The notes under the pieces are model-generated. The model worked only from the letters and a program-made list of their open reading frames with translations. It was not told where the DNA came from and searched no databases. A program made the position numbers and the translations under genes. Of a stretch of 64,000 nucleotides of DNA, positions 23,845-35,936 are shown piece after piece. Positions within the stretch are counted from its first letter, which is position 1. Each line of letters opens with the position of its first letter. The DNA lies in the NCBI RefSeq assembly GCF_006345805.1, contig NC_043007.1:14384001-14448000 (forward strand), written 5' to 3'. The stretch comes from Octopus sinensis (taxonomy: Eukaryota).

Positions 23845-24955
23845 AACAGAAACGGGACCTCGTCCAATGTAGTATGACTGCGGACAGGGCCGACCCTAGG
23901 GTTGCTGGCGCCCGGGCAAGCTGAACTTGGGCGTGTACAAGCTAACGGTCGTGGAAATTTCCTTGTCTTCGTCCTTCGTCACGCCTTCCTTGGCGCCCTG
24001 GGCGATTGCCCGAGTTGCAGGTACCTTGTGCCAGCCCTGACTGCGGACGAAGTAGTACGCCGGCTTGACCAGCACCGTCAGGCATGTTTCCGTTCAGCCA
24101 TCGATCCTCACTGTGGATCTTAGCTCAATGCGGCACCATCACTCGCAACTGGCACTCAGCTTGATAGAGTCTGTCTGCACATTGGCGTTTCCTCGAGGCT
24201 TGATTTCCAGATCTGTGAGCTTCATGAATGCCACTGCAGATCCACAATGAATTCTTTCGGCCTCCACCCACTGTCCAGCCGTCATAATGCTAGCCGCCTC
24301 CCACGCTATGTCACTCTTAATAAGATCATAAAGTAGGGCCTACACGTCGCAGGCTTCCCTTTCCAGCTCGAGCCAGCGAGGTTAAACCGAGGGGATGGTG
24401 AAAGGCCGGACGGTATGACAATTCCCCCGTTCCATCACGGTAAGCTTCTCATCTAGGATGTCGCATGCTGTGACACCTTCTCGAGCGGCAACTTGGTGCT
24501 GTCAGCTACCAGCCCAGGCTCCGCTGCTCATCAGGCTGAGAAAAGCTGACTGTCAAGGTATCGGTCGCTTTCCGACATGTTTGTAGCGTTGGTGGAATGC
24601 ATCAACGCTCTCTGAGATATGCAGTACAAATAATGTCGTGGCAGATAAGTTAACTTTTGACCGCTATTTGGACCCTGTTGTGTCCACTACTCTGATTGGT
24701 TGGCACTGGCACAGTTTGTCTCTTGACTTATTTCTTTGTAGGCGACTGTACAGCGTTTAAAAGGAGACATTTCTGTCACCAACTCCTTTACATACGGTCG
24801 TTCACTACAGGTTTATGGTTGAGCGCTCTTGGCTCCTGGACCGTATCCCTACTCACCGCTATCGGGGCAGAGATTGCTGTCCGCAAGTGCGAGTCCCGTG
24901 AGTCAGAGTGGCTGTTCCAGCGGCGCATTTCCATCGCTATCCTTTTTGTCAGCTG
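23845..24955 (+). mobile_element. CRE-like (restriction-like endonuclease) non-LTR retrotransposon 3' remnant
   Basis: Decayed frames ICELHECHC...GLHPLS, PRYVTLNKIIK, AGFPFQLEPARLNRGDGERPDGMTIPPFHHGKLLI*DVACCDTF and EWLFQRRISIAI: zinc knuckle plus RPDG/PD-(D/E)xK-type endonuclease. Confidence 0.75.
23885..24039. mobile_element. hAT-like MITE inserted in the CRE remnant
   Basis: CAGGGCCG...CAGCCCTG termini with a perfect 8-bp TSD ACTGCGGA. Confidence 0.85.
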
Positions 24956-25291
24956 GTGCCATGAGAAATGTCGAATTATGATAGAAGAAAGTGACCTTTA
25001 TTTAGATTTGTTATTCTATTTACATTATCTCACCACACAATACTATTACACGAAACAAAGAACTGAAGCTAAGGAATTCGGATTGTTAAGCAATATATAT
25101 TTTCAAATATGTTATCAGTTTGAAAACACGAGACAGCGCATTACAAAGGCCCCAGTGATTATAACGTCACAACAAGCACCATTTTTTTACATAATCATTT
25201 AACAGCCTGATTAAACAAACTACTTTTCTGAAAAAATCATCATTTTCTGTCCCCTCCTATAATCCACAGTATCATTCTTGTGCATTGCTTA

Positions 25292-25850
25292 TGTAACGGC
25301 AGTGAACATCTTCTCTGCACTCTTCGGGTGCATTGGTGCAATCACTTTCCGTTGCTTTAATATCCAGATTCTACCAGTCAAAGAAACAACAAGACGCAAA
25401 CGTAAAAATATATATCTACTTTATTCTCTTATGACAGTAACAAATAAGTGATACATCTGGTTCCGCTTGGTATTGGGCGTGCAAGGCTGAACTTTAACGC
25501 ATGTAGATTTTACTGTGTTCAGCCGCTAAAACAGAACTGGGGTCAAAATGGCGTCCGTAGGAAGAAGATGATGTCTGCAACAAATCCTGGTTAAAAGTCT
25601 TCGGCTAAAGGCTGCTGCTATATCGAATCCGGACAGAGAGAGAGAATACACGTCCTGTACCTTCGATAGCTGTGTCTCAAGTCACTGCCTACTGGACGCT
25701 GGTGGTCAACGTCCTACGCTCCTCTTGCCTCGCGGCTAAACTGCCACGTAGGCAAATGGTCCTTCTTCCGGTGGTGAAAGCACCAACCCCGCACGCGCGA
25801 AACAGAAATGGACGGTGCGCGAGCGCGGACCGTTATATAGGATCACTACA
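25292..25850 (-). mobile_element. solo LTR (Gypsy-type)
   Basis: Minus strand TGTAGTGA...CCGTTACA, internal AATAAA, 4-bp TSD CTTA on both sides. Confidence 0.7.
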
Positions 25851-26952
25851 CTTAGTTTCTAGTGGAAGATCGAACGATCGGTTGCCAATTGATATTGTAT
25901 AGGCAGTCTGGTAACCCACAACAGTCGTTTACCAATACACTAACTTCTGGCACATGCATTTTCATCCTTATTTCACTACAATGACCTCTCTTCATCGGAG
26001 TTGTATTTTGTCGTGTCAGAGGAGTACGAGATGAGCCAGCTCCCAATGCGTTAAACCTTACTCATTTCTGACTTACATTCTATCAACTTTTGTATACTCG
26101 AAGGTTTGGTTATGTCTCTCACAACCCTCCTTCTATATATTAATAACCATGTTATTACTTCTAGCTACACCCATTCCAATTGCAAATGGATATAATTCTT
26201 TTCCGTTTGATTTCCAATTGGCTGTCACAACTAAAACCGGCGTCTGCCTTTCTGAACTAGCAATCTCCGTACCATCCACAAGACATACCCGTATCTTTTC
26301 AAAATGTCACTCCTAAACCTCTAAATTCCACACCAGATGTAATTCCCTTCTCTACGTAATGTTCCATACCGACGTCGATCTACAGATGTTTAAACTAAAC
26401 ATTAACTACACTGGTCTCAATAGTCTGAGTCGCAGACGACCTTCTAAGGTCATAGGCGTCGTCTTACCTACTTTGATTAACTGGAGGGAAAACAACCCTA
26501 TCCGACATTCATGATGGAGGCTTAAATCCTAAGATGACTAATGAATGCCTTCTATTTAATTAGGATTGTTAAAATATTTAATCTTTTTCTTCAATTATTC
26601 GGTCTGGTTGATCGAACTGACATGCCCAGTCATTCCAGTAATGGCCTTCCCAGCTTTTAGACATAGTGTATTTCTACATTATCTAATGAGCCGTCCCCCT
26701 TTTAAAGGGGATTGCCACATGTTAGGTATTTATAAAATAATTTTAGTTAAAATATATTTATACGAGATTAGATTACTAAAGAAAAAATATCCTGAATTTA
26801 CTAAATTTATCATAAAAAATAAAACACGATGTGATCTTTCGAGAAAGTATTTTTCGTTTCTTCTTTTTTTCAAAATCGATATATGACGGTCCGATTTATC
26901 TTGGTCTCTGACATATGCTAACATATATGCAGTAATATTCCACAAAATTAGA

Positions 26953-27210
26953 GCAGCGAGCTGGCAGAACCGTTAGCACGCCGGGCGAAATGCGTAGCCG
27001 TATTTTGTCTGCCGTTACGTTCTGAGTTCAAATTCCGCCGAGGTTGACTTTGCCTTTCATCCTTTCGGGGTCGATTAAATAAGTACCAGTTACGCATTGG
27101 AGTCGATATAATCGACTTAATTCGTGTGTCTGTCCTTGTTTGTCCTCTCTGTGTTTAGCCCCTTGTGGGTAGTAAAGAAATAGGTATTTCGTCTGCTGCT
27201 ACGTTCTGAG
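26953..27210 (+). mobile_element. family B SINE with the start of a second body unit
   Basis: Complete copy followed by GTATTTCGTCTGCTGCTACGTTCTGAGTT. Confidence 0.9.
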
Positions 27211-27564
27211 TTGAAATTGGTAATACTCTCATGCTGTTATTGGCTGTCACTACCCAGAATTAAGTCAGTTCACAAGTTTCTGAGGACGTGTACGGTTTCT
27301 AGGGTTAGTGAAACAATGCAGTATCCATTGGATTCCGTAGAAAGAGATGCAGAAGCTATACCAATGCTTTTCTTCGATTTGACTGTTTTAATGTTGAGTA
27401 TGTTCACCAGCTTCTCACTGATGAAGCTCTTGTCAGTGCTACCGCCATCAATTAATGCTTCGACTTTGTAAGTATTGTTCAGTATAATCATCATGGAGGT
27501 TACACAGAATGGTGAACCTGCTGCTAAAGGTAGATCATATTTATCATCTTTATGTGTCACAGTT

Positions 27565-27956
27565 GCTGCGTTTGTTTCAGTCATTTGACTGTGGCCATGC
27601 TGGAGCACCGCCTTTAGTCGAGCAAGTCGACCCCAGGACTTATTCTTTGTAAGCCTAGTACTTATTCTATCGGGACTCTTTTTGCCGAACCGCTAGGTCA
27701 CGGGGACGTAAACACACCAGCATCGGTTGTCAAGCGATGTTGGGGGGATAAACACAGACACAAACATATACATACATATATATATACATATATACGACAG
27801 GCTTCTTTCAGTTTCCATCTACCAAATCCACTCACAAGGCTTTGGTCGGCCCGAGGCTATAGTAGAAGACACTTGTCCAAGGTGCGACGCAGGGGGACTG
27901 AACCCGGAACCATGTGATTGGTAAACAAGCTACTTACTACACAGCCACTCCTGCGT
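27565..27956 (-). mobile_element. family A SINE (in Gypsy remnant)
   Basis: Family A match. Confidence 0.9.
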
Positions 27957-28080
27957 CTACAAAGTTTTCCAATTCTTTTGCATTTGTGGCAGACTACTTC
28001 CCGTGCAGGACAACGACTCCGCGAGTGTCTGAAATAGCCACAAAACCAACATTGAGAGGGTTTTCCTTTTTGGATTGCAA

Positions 28081-28499
28081 GGTGCAGGAGTGGCTGTGTG
28101 GTAAGTAGCTTGATAACCAACCACATGGTTCCGGGTTCCGTCCCACTGCGTGGCACCTTCGGCAAGTGTCTTCTGCTATAGCCTCGGGCCAACCAAAGCC
28201 TTGTGAGTGGATTTGGTAGACGGAAACTGAAAGAAGCCCGTCGTATATATGTATATTTATATATATATATATATATATATATGCGTGTGTGTATTTGTGT
28301 GTCTGTGTTTGTCCCCCTAGCATTGCTTGACAACCGATGCTGGTGTGTTTATGTCTCCGTTACTTAGCGGTTCGGCAAAATAGACCGATAGACTAAGTAC
28401 TGGGCTTACAAAAGAATAAGTTCCGGGGTCGAGTTGCTCGATTAAAGACGGTGCTCCAGCATGGCCGCAGTCAAATGACTGAAACAAGTAAAAGAGAGT
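28081..28499 (+). mobile_element. family A SINE (in Gypsy remnant)
   Basis: Family A match. Confidence 0.9.
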
Positions 28500-28853
28500 G
28501 TTCTTTCTTCCGGCTTTGGAGAATCAATTGGCTTGGCTACGATGGGTGCCGTTGGACTGAAGTTGGCACACTCAGAGTTTGAAAGGACACCGGAACTCTC
28601 TTGCGCCACATCTAGCGAACACACTTAATCATAAGCTGTACTGAGGTCGACAATTTTGTTTTCTAATAGTCTTTGCTTTATCTGATTCGAACTGAATCCA
28701 TTTATAAATGCATCTGTCTTTTGCTAGTGTTTTGAGTTCGTTTAAGAATTGGTCTAGAGATTCTCCAGGGTTTCTGTCTTCTTGTGGACAAAAGATGGCG
28801 TGCCATTATCATGTTCTTTGGTTTAATATACACACTCTTAAGTGTATTTACAA

Positions 28854-29285
28854 TCTCTCTATATATAAACGGCAGTTTGTCTGTCTGTGTGTCTGTCAGG
28901 TTGTACCCTCACTCTGACGACAGCTTTCAACCGATTCTCATGAAACTTGACACACACATAGCCCAATGTCATAATTCAAAACTAACGCAGTGAAAATTTT
29001 GAAAAGTTCCCCCAGTTCTGAAAAAAATCGATAAATTCGACATTGGCTCGAGAATCTAAGCTTTTTATATGCAACTCATTTTCTGTCTAGGGGGCACAAC
29101 TCGACCATTTTATCGCCCAAAGGGACAGATAGGAACATCGTATACACAGAAGTATTCGAGTGAAGAGAAGACATTGCAACCTACACATGCACCTTCGTTC
29201 CCTAGAGGGAAAGGACTAGATTGGGATTAGTCGTTGCCTACTAGGGGCTCTTATATACCCGGGCAACGCCGGGCTATGCTGCTAG
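28854..29285 (+). mobile_element. non-autonomous Helitron (family H2)
   Basis: A|TCTCTCTATATATAAAC ... hairpin CCCGGGCAACGCCGGG ... CTAG|T with no TSD. Confidence 0.9.
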
Positions 29286-30075
29286 TTGTTCATAGTTCTT
29301 AACTTCACTGATGAATTCATATACATTCGTTTCCACATAATTAACCAAAAGATTGAGTTTATCGATAATACTACCTTCCTGCCCTGGCAGTGAGTCTATT
29401 AAGTTCTAAACCAATGATTAAAAGTCTCGTCAGGATTTGTGGAGTTTGGGTCGGCATTCAATCTGTTCGGTTTCAAGTATCTTTCCATATCTGGAAAAAA
29501 TTGGCAAGTCAGTCAGTCAGTCACCGGCCGACACATCGAAGAGGCTAGGGAACAGAAGAAAGAAGACATGCACCCAACGCCAGAGCTGAAGACACCTCCG
29601 AAAGGGGGGGCCCCGCCACGTCAAAACGGTAGAGGAGTAGGGGCCGAAACCGGACGTGGTTCCTCCTGATGATGTCTTGAGCTAACTGGATCCTATGAAG
29701 AAGCTGTTGTGGTAGCAGACCACGAAACACGACGGTTGTAATTCCTCCCCAATTCGTACTCATCTTTTCATTAATTTCGTTCTCTGTAGATTATTCAACA
29801 ACTTCTTCAAGATTTAGTAATTAGTTTCTTAGATTGTTATGAATGACCAGTAATTCCTGACTCATAGAAACTGATTTCCAATCATAGTCCAAAACAGTAA
29901 AGTGTCATATAGTGCTATCCACGTTATTCTCGATTAAACGCATGTTATTCAAAATGGCCACTCTTCCTGATCATCCAATACGCATGCCCTTTATGTCAAG
30001 GAAAATCACTGAAATCATAGCACGATTTGCATAACAGAGGCCAAAGGACTCAATGTTTTGTGGGGAGTGAGGCTG

Positions 30076-30230
30076 GTGTTAGAGTTTAGGCTTAGGGTTA
30101 AGGTTAGATTTATGGCTAGGGTTTACAGTTTAGGGTTAGATTTGGGTTTACGGCTATGGTTTAGGATTTATGTTTAATCAAAGGCTTTAGGGATAGAAAT
30201 GGGTTTAGGATTAAGTTTAGGAGTGAGGCT
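30076..30230. repeat. degenerate interstitial (TTAGGG)n-like tract
   Basis: GTTAGAGTTTAGGCTTAGGGTTAAGGTTAG...GGGTTTAGG. Confidence 0.6.
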
Positions 30231-30681
30231 GAAAACGATTCGAGCGTTTTACTGTTACTAATAGGGAAAAGCCTGATCGCTTAAGAACAGAGAGGACTTG
30301 AAAACTATAATCATGTTGAAATTACCCTGCGCATGATTTTGCAAAATGATGTTCTCTGAATACATATGTACGTGTGTACATGCGTGCTTGCGTGCGTGTA
30401 AAATGGGAACAACCATGTAATTGTTTTCAACTGAGAGTTCTTGATGGACAAAAAAAAAAAATAATAACTCAAACTTGCACACAAGTACACAGAACGAATA
30501 TAGCACTTTTCTGTAACATGATTGAAATTTTAGATAGACTTACAATTTCAGATGGATATTTAAATTCCAACACCTTACTATTTCACGAGTTCAAAGCTGA
30601 CATTTTCTAAGTGACATAAATTCGCTTTAATTTTCCCATAACAACGAAATTCTGATTATAAGATTTAAGCAGCAGCAAGTA

Positions 30682-30730
30682 TGACGTCACAATCAACGTA
30701 GAAACAACAATAGCAATCAACGCCATTTTG
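30682..30730. promoter_or_regulatory. CRE (TGACGTCA) plus YY1-like (CGCCATTTT) motif pair
   Basis: Perfect TGACGTCA at 30682-30689 and CGCCATTTT at about 30721; no gene assigned. Confidence 0.3.
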
Positions 30731-31649
30731 ATACCATCATTCAACAGTCTGTTTAAACAAATTGTCTTCCTATAAATCTCTCCCTTTCTGAATTTACTAA
30801 TCCCAGGTTACAGCAAAATAATGATGGCTTTTCGAAGTTTGTGAAACCTGTGGGAATTCAGCGTTTGTAGATTTTCGTTAAAAAGGTTGTTGGAAGTGTA
30901 ACATCTCGAACTTGAAACAACAATAATAATAATAATGATAAATTTATTACATACACTGCTTTGGTGCACAATTTTTCAGGAAAGGGTAAAAGAGAATACA
31001 GGAAGCAGCGTGAAGACAAGGAAAGGAAGCCAAAGGTGCATGCAGAATACACAGGATAAAACACAGCAAGAGAAGAAAATGAATAACAAAAGACCAAAAA
31101 ATGTGTGTAGATAGATCAAGAGTAATGTTGGACGATTGCGGGAAGTATGGAGATGTTCAAAGATACAGTGTCCTGACAGTTAACTATTGACGCGGGGAGT
31201 TTATTCTATGATTCAAAGAATTCTGAACGTAAAATATTTCCTAAGTCATGGACGCTGCACTTTTATTTTTTCTTTCTGTTTTATAAACGTGACTGCATGT
31301 GGTGGAAGACGTTGGATTCGAGCTATACCTACACAAGTGTGCTCCCTCCCGACTTTGTAACCTCATAACTTTCAGAAAAATGGCATGTAATTGTTTACAA
31401 ATACTCGTCAAGTGTTGTAGATTCCGATAATGTTGGAATTTAATGTGGAAAACAAAAAGAAAAAGAAAAAATTGGTGGGCACGCGCACACATACTGACAC
31501 ATATCACATTTCTTGGATCTTTTCAAAAGTTATCGTTAGGCCTAACTCATCGTAAAGTCAATACCACCATGACCGATATCCAAACTACATTGGAGAAGGC
31601 TAGCCACTTGATTTGGTTAAAAAGAGACGATGAGTGATGGCTAGAAGAA

Positions 31650-32054
31650 GGATATTTTCGGTTTGAACGGCAGTTTTTCTAGCGGTGTCATATCAAATTG
31701 TCACCCATAATTATGACCCTAGTATCGATCTATTGCATTTCAATGTGTTTTAGGGTTAGGGTTAGGGGTATCTTTTTTTCTTCAGAAATGTAAATAAACC
31801 CAATCTGTTTCTTAAACGAGGGACAAATTCATACGGCACATAATGTTTTCACCTCAATAGACGTCATTGATTGGTTGAAATTGCAGAAATTGAAGAAAAA
31901 AACCCAACAAATATCTTACAAACTATAGAATTTTCCCAATAAAGCCAAGAGAAAAAGATGTTTTATAAACACATTCTACCAGTGTACGAAGTTTACAAGT
32001 GTTTAGTTACCTAGAAATTATGTTAAAAAACTGCCGTTCAAACCGAAAAGATCC
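31650..32054. mobile_element. MITE with about 29-bp TIRs and internal TTAGGG repeats
   Basis: GGATATTTTCGGTTTGAACGGCAGTTTTT / AAAAACTGCCGTTCAAACCGAAAAGATCC; possible 3-bp TSD GAA; half copy at about 23703-23815. Confidence 0.8.
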
Positions 32055-33505
32055 GAATATTGAGCTTTCTTTGATAACCAGCTGATCTAGCAAGCGGGGC
32101 CTCATATCAGTGAGGGGGCCGGTGCACATTGATGGCGTCGAGAGGTAGGCCCCGAAACGACGCGCATTCTCTCCTGGTGACCCCATAACTTGCTGGCTTC
32201 CGGTATGCGGGGGTTTTGACTGGTAGCACTTGGATGTGCAAGGTGTTAGCAAGACATGTCTCATTTTGTAGATATATGTGATATGTGTTTGTATGTGTGC
32301 ACGCCCAACATTTTTTCCCCACATTAAATTCCGATATAATGGTAATCTACTCCAGCTGAGAATAATATATTTTTATTTATTTAAAAAGTTCCTAGTTTTG
32401 AAATTTGGAGGCACACTTGTGTAGGAACGCAGAATTCAAAATGGTTGCTTTAAAGTTCGTGGAGATTAAAGTTCGTGGGCCTCTTCCAAGTTACCTGCTT
32501 GATGTCAAGTTTTGCCAGGAAGGCAAAACGTACAAGATATGATAAGCGGTTGACAGAGGCCGTTCGTCTAAATTACACGCCTCTGGACAGCTTCAAGTGG
32601 ATTGATATTCTGAACAAAATGGTGTTCCAGACTGGAGATGCAATTGTAGACGTACTGGAGTCACATACAGCTTTAAGTAGAAAGCCAAGGAATGGCTAGA
32701 TTAAAGATTTCAGGCCGCCTTCGATTTTGCTCCATGTTTTTTTTTTCTTTATAGGCATTAGGAAACGTGGCTGCTATTTCTAGCAGGACGAGAGAATAAG
32801 TACAAGCTCCATCGTTAGCTTGCTGGCTAGCTGTTCCTAGTCCTTATTGTTTAGCCCCAGGTCGGCTCTAATCGAGCAGAGCTATGATCATAGATGTTCA
32901 AGCAAAAGATCAGTCCGTCTTTTTTATATATCAAGGACCAAACGTGTCTATCCTCTTGGTTTTTTTTTTTTTTTTTTTTTTTATCATTAAGAAGGAGTGA
33001 GCGGAGGGACTTTCGTTGCCGCTATTTCTAATACTTGGAGCACACACAGGTTCCTTCCCTTCATGTGTTGAGTAGTTCCTATGGATAGCCTGAGAAATCC
33101 ATGAATCTAGTAGAGTAAGGGAAACAACTTCGAAGGATTTCTCCTTACAGCAAAATATCCACAGCGCATTTTCAGAGTTTATATTGAAACTCATGTCTCG
33201 GATTCCAAATAAGATAGAAAAATAAGAAAGAAAAAAACACGCATACCTCTCTCTATGTATCTATGCTTGTTTGTAAGTATGTATGTTTATATATATATAT
33301 ATAATCAATTTAAATATACAACCGAAAGAGCTATTAATAGTTTCATACTTTTATGATACTTAAACAGGTATATTTATAAAATAGCCATGTATCTCCAAGC
33401 AATCTTTCAGGCTCTTTAATAGGTTATATATATATTTTAAAAAGCAAAGATGCTAGACAGTGAGGAAAAAAGTGGAGAATGCAAAAAAAAAAAAAAATGG
33501 AGCGA

Positions 33506-33552
<47 letters not shown>

Positions 33553-33557
33553 ATATA

Positions 33558-33598
<41 letters not shown>

Positions 33599-34904
33599 TA
33601 GATATCGGACTCCCGTGATAGCTATTCCCTAGAATCTCATACCATATTTGGTTAACAGAAGTAACAACGGTGAGCTAGCAATACATTAAGATCCATAAGT
33701 GATGAAACGGACCCGTCCCCTATTCTTTGTACAATGTACACAAAACAGTACCCTACGTAATTTAACAACTTGTGTACAGGCTTCACGCACATGACTTCTC
33801 CACAATGTAATAAAAATACTAAGAATGGAAGACCATCTATATCTATATATGCTCGAAACAGTAAAATTTAATCTCCAGAGTCCTTACTACAACATGAAAA
33901 ACCCAGTTTCAAACACTGAGACATATATACAACTATAATATCCTTAAAGCATCTTTCCCCACATGATTCGCTAAATACCGCAATACACAGTCCAATATTT
34001 ACAGATAGCAACAAAACCCGCTGCTTCAAGTATGTCACCAACGTACTGATTTTCGAATCTTCCAAAGTTTAACTTATCTAAATTAGCCCATTAACGGTAA
34101 TAGATGACTATTACTGCTAGATCGAGCCCCGATCTCCCCAGAGATTAATCATACTGGTGAAGAAAAGCAATCTCTCCCGTTTTGTCAGCTACCATCTTAT
34201 CCTTACGTTCACAATTCTAAGACGTCGTTGAAAATCCTGAAACAACTCGTAGCACACAAACATTTTCTATTCTCCATAGCTACCAGTGGAAGAGCGACCT
34301 TTTGTCCCGCATCACACGAATCCAGGTAAAAAAAAAAATCACAGGAATAAAAGTCACAGGGGTTTTGTCCGGAACCTATAAATTAATTGTGACTTTTTTT
34401 CCAGTAACTTTATTACCGGCCACTATAACTTAATTGTGACTTTATTACTGTGATCATTCATTGAAAACTTTGGGATAAAGCTAAGGTGAATTTACTGACA
34501 ATGATATACGGCAATAGGCTTCATTTATCATTGCTTTAGTGAATTAAATTGAATTTGGAGAGTAACGGGAAATCTAGTCTAGATCCGTTCTACTAATCTT
34601 TCGATTCATCACATTGGCATATTCCTCTTCGAGTGTTTCTTTTAATTGCATTGTATCTATGTTGGAAACGAAAGTGTTTTCTTGTCTACCTGCTGATCAA
34701 TCAATAAAGTTCATCTCGACCTTTCGCAACTTCTGTCGCATAGTTGATCCTCTCGGCTACTAATATATAAGACAAGGAAAAGTCTTTCTAAAAGTCGCGT
34801 CCTATTTTTACGTCAGCGACATAGCAACGGGGAATAGCCTCACCACCATTGCCACATCAGTACGACGGCACCAGCGAGAAACCATCGCCACTAAATTTGG
34901 AGGG

Positions 34905-35058
34905 GGAGATTAATCGACAGCATTGACCCTAATACGTCACCTTATCGACCCCAGGGAGATGAAAGGTAGAGCTGACCTCGGCGGAATTTGAACTCAAAAG
35001 GTAGACATTCGGAAGAAATACCGCAAAGCATTTTGCCCGACGCGCTAACGATTCTACC
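34905..35058 (-). mobile_element. old family B-like SINE
   Basis: GACCTCGGCGGAATTTGAACTC block in reverse orientation. Confidence 0.7.
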
Positions 35059-35936
35059 AAACATTAACCCTCATTTTTGAGCATACAATAGACGGGCAAG
35101 AAAGCAAAATAAACAAAGTCGTTAATAAATCAGCAATATCGAATATAGAACTTCATTTTTTACGAGGTATCTCATATCTTTCATTTAGCACTAGCTGTGT
35201 TTTCGAACATAACAATAGAAATATACTTTACACATACACGTACACACACCTATATATGTATGTGTGTGCTTGTTTAGAAGTCCACACATTCATAAACATA
35301 CACATTCATTCATAAATATCTATTTACTTACACTTACTCACTATAGATCATTCTCTCTTTTTCTCACACGTCACTTTTGCTCTTCCTTCTCCTCCTTAAA
35401 TTAATACAAACACTTCATATCACATCCACACACACACACACACACACATACATATACTCTTCGGCTTATACACACACATATACACATACATACACACAGC
35501 TGTGTTGTGTGACGTAAATGAATTTTTTTTTTTAACGGAAAATTTAAATCTTTCTTAAATTATCATTTGAAGCTTTCAAGGTTTTATGTATCACAAAATA
35601 TTGTCTGTCCAGTAAGAAGCGAGAATTTGGAAAGTTTGTGAAAATATATCGAAAACCCTCATGGAAACGTTATTAACCCTATCCGATGACTAATATACCC
35701 ACATGCATATTTTCTTGATCTCTCCATTTTAGCATCGTTTTACAGCAATTTCGTCATTAAATTATTGTTACAAATCGCTAGGAACTGTGATATTTCCTTT
35801 AAAAGAAATCAGTTTCATTGAAGATTCCTCCTGTTTTTTTAATTTTTACATTGTATATAAATATGATCAACCAGAAAGACCGCTCGAAGAAGACATTTTA
35901 ATAATATCCAATGATTTTGTTTAAATAGTTAAAAGG

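Larger units (their letters stand above)
27215..28800 (-). mobile_element. Gypsy gag-protease remnant interrupted by two SINEs
   Basis: RHLLSTRRQ/PGESLDQFLNELKTLAKD, DAFINGFSSNQIKQRLLENK, zinc knuckle CWFCGYFRHSRSRCPAREVVCHKC and aspartic protease ALIDGGSTDKSFIS. Confidence 0.85.

Noticed and set aside
26130-26400. Protein-like minus-strand frame (EKIRVCLVDGTEIASS...)
   Set aside because: It is short, broken by a stop or frameshift, and has no recognisable motif
29660-29745. CTGATGA...GAAAC suggesting a hammerhead ribozyme in a Penelope-like segment
   Set aside because: No stem I can be formed, and stems II and III need bulges or mismatches at the core; the GC-rich segment 29420-29760 remains unclassified
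32080-32200. GGGGCCT/AGGCCCC stem followed by GAAAC, and TGGTGACCCC resembling a tRNA-Trp PBS
   Set aside because: There is no CUGANGA core before the stem, and the PBS match is only 10 nt and not preceded by an LTR end
34325-34417. Small inverted repeat GGTAA...TTACC as a Merlin MITE
   Set aside because: No TSD, and the ends are uncertain
34815-34830. CATAGCAAC as an RFX X-box for CEP128
   Set aside because: Only a half-site, about 14 kb from the start codon and upstream of an intervening ORF
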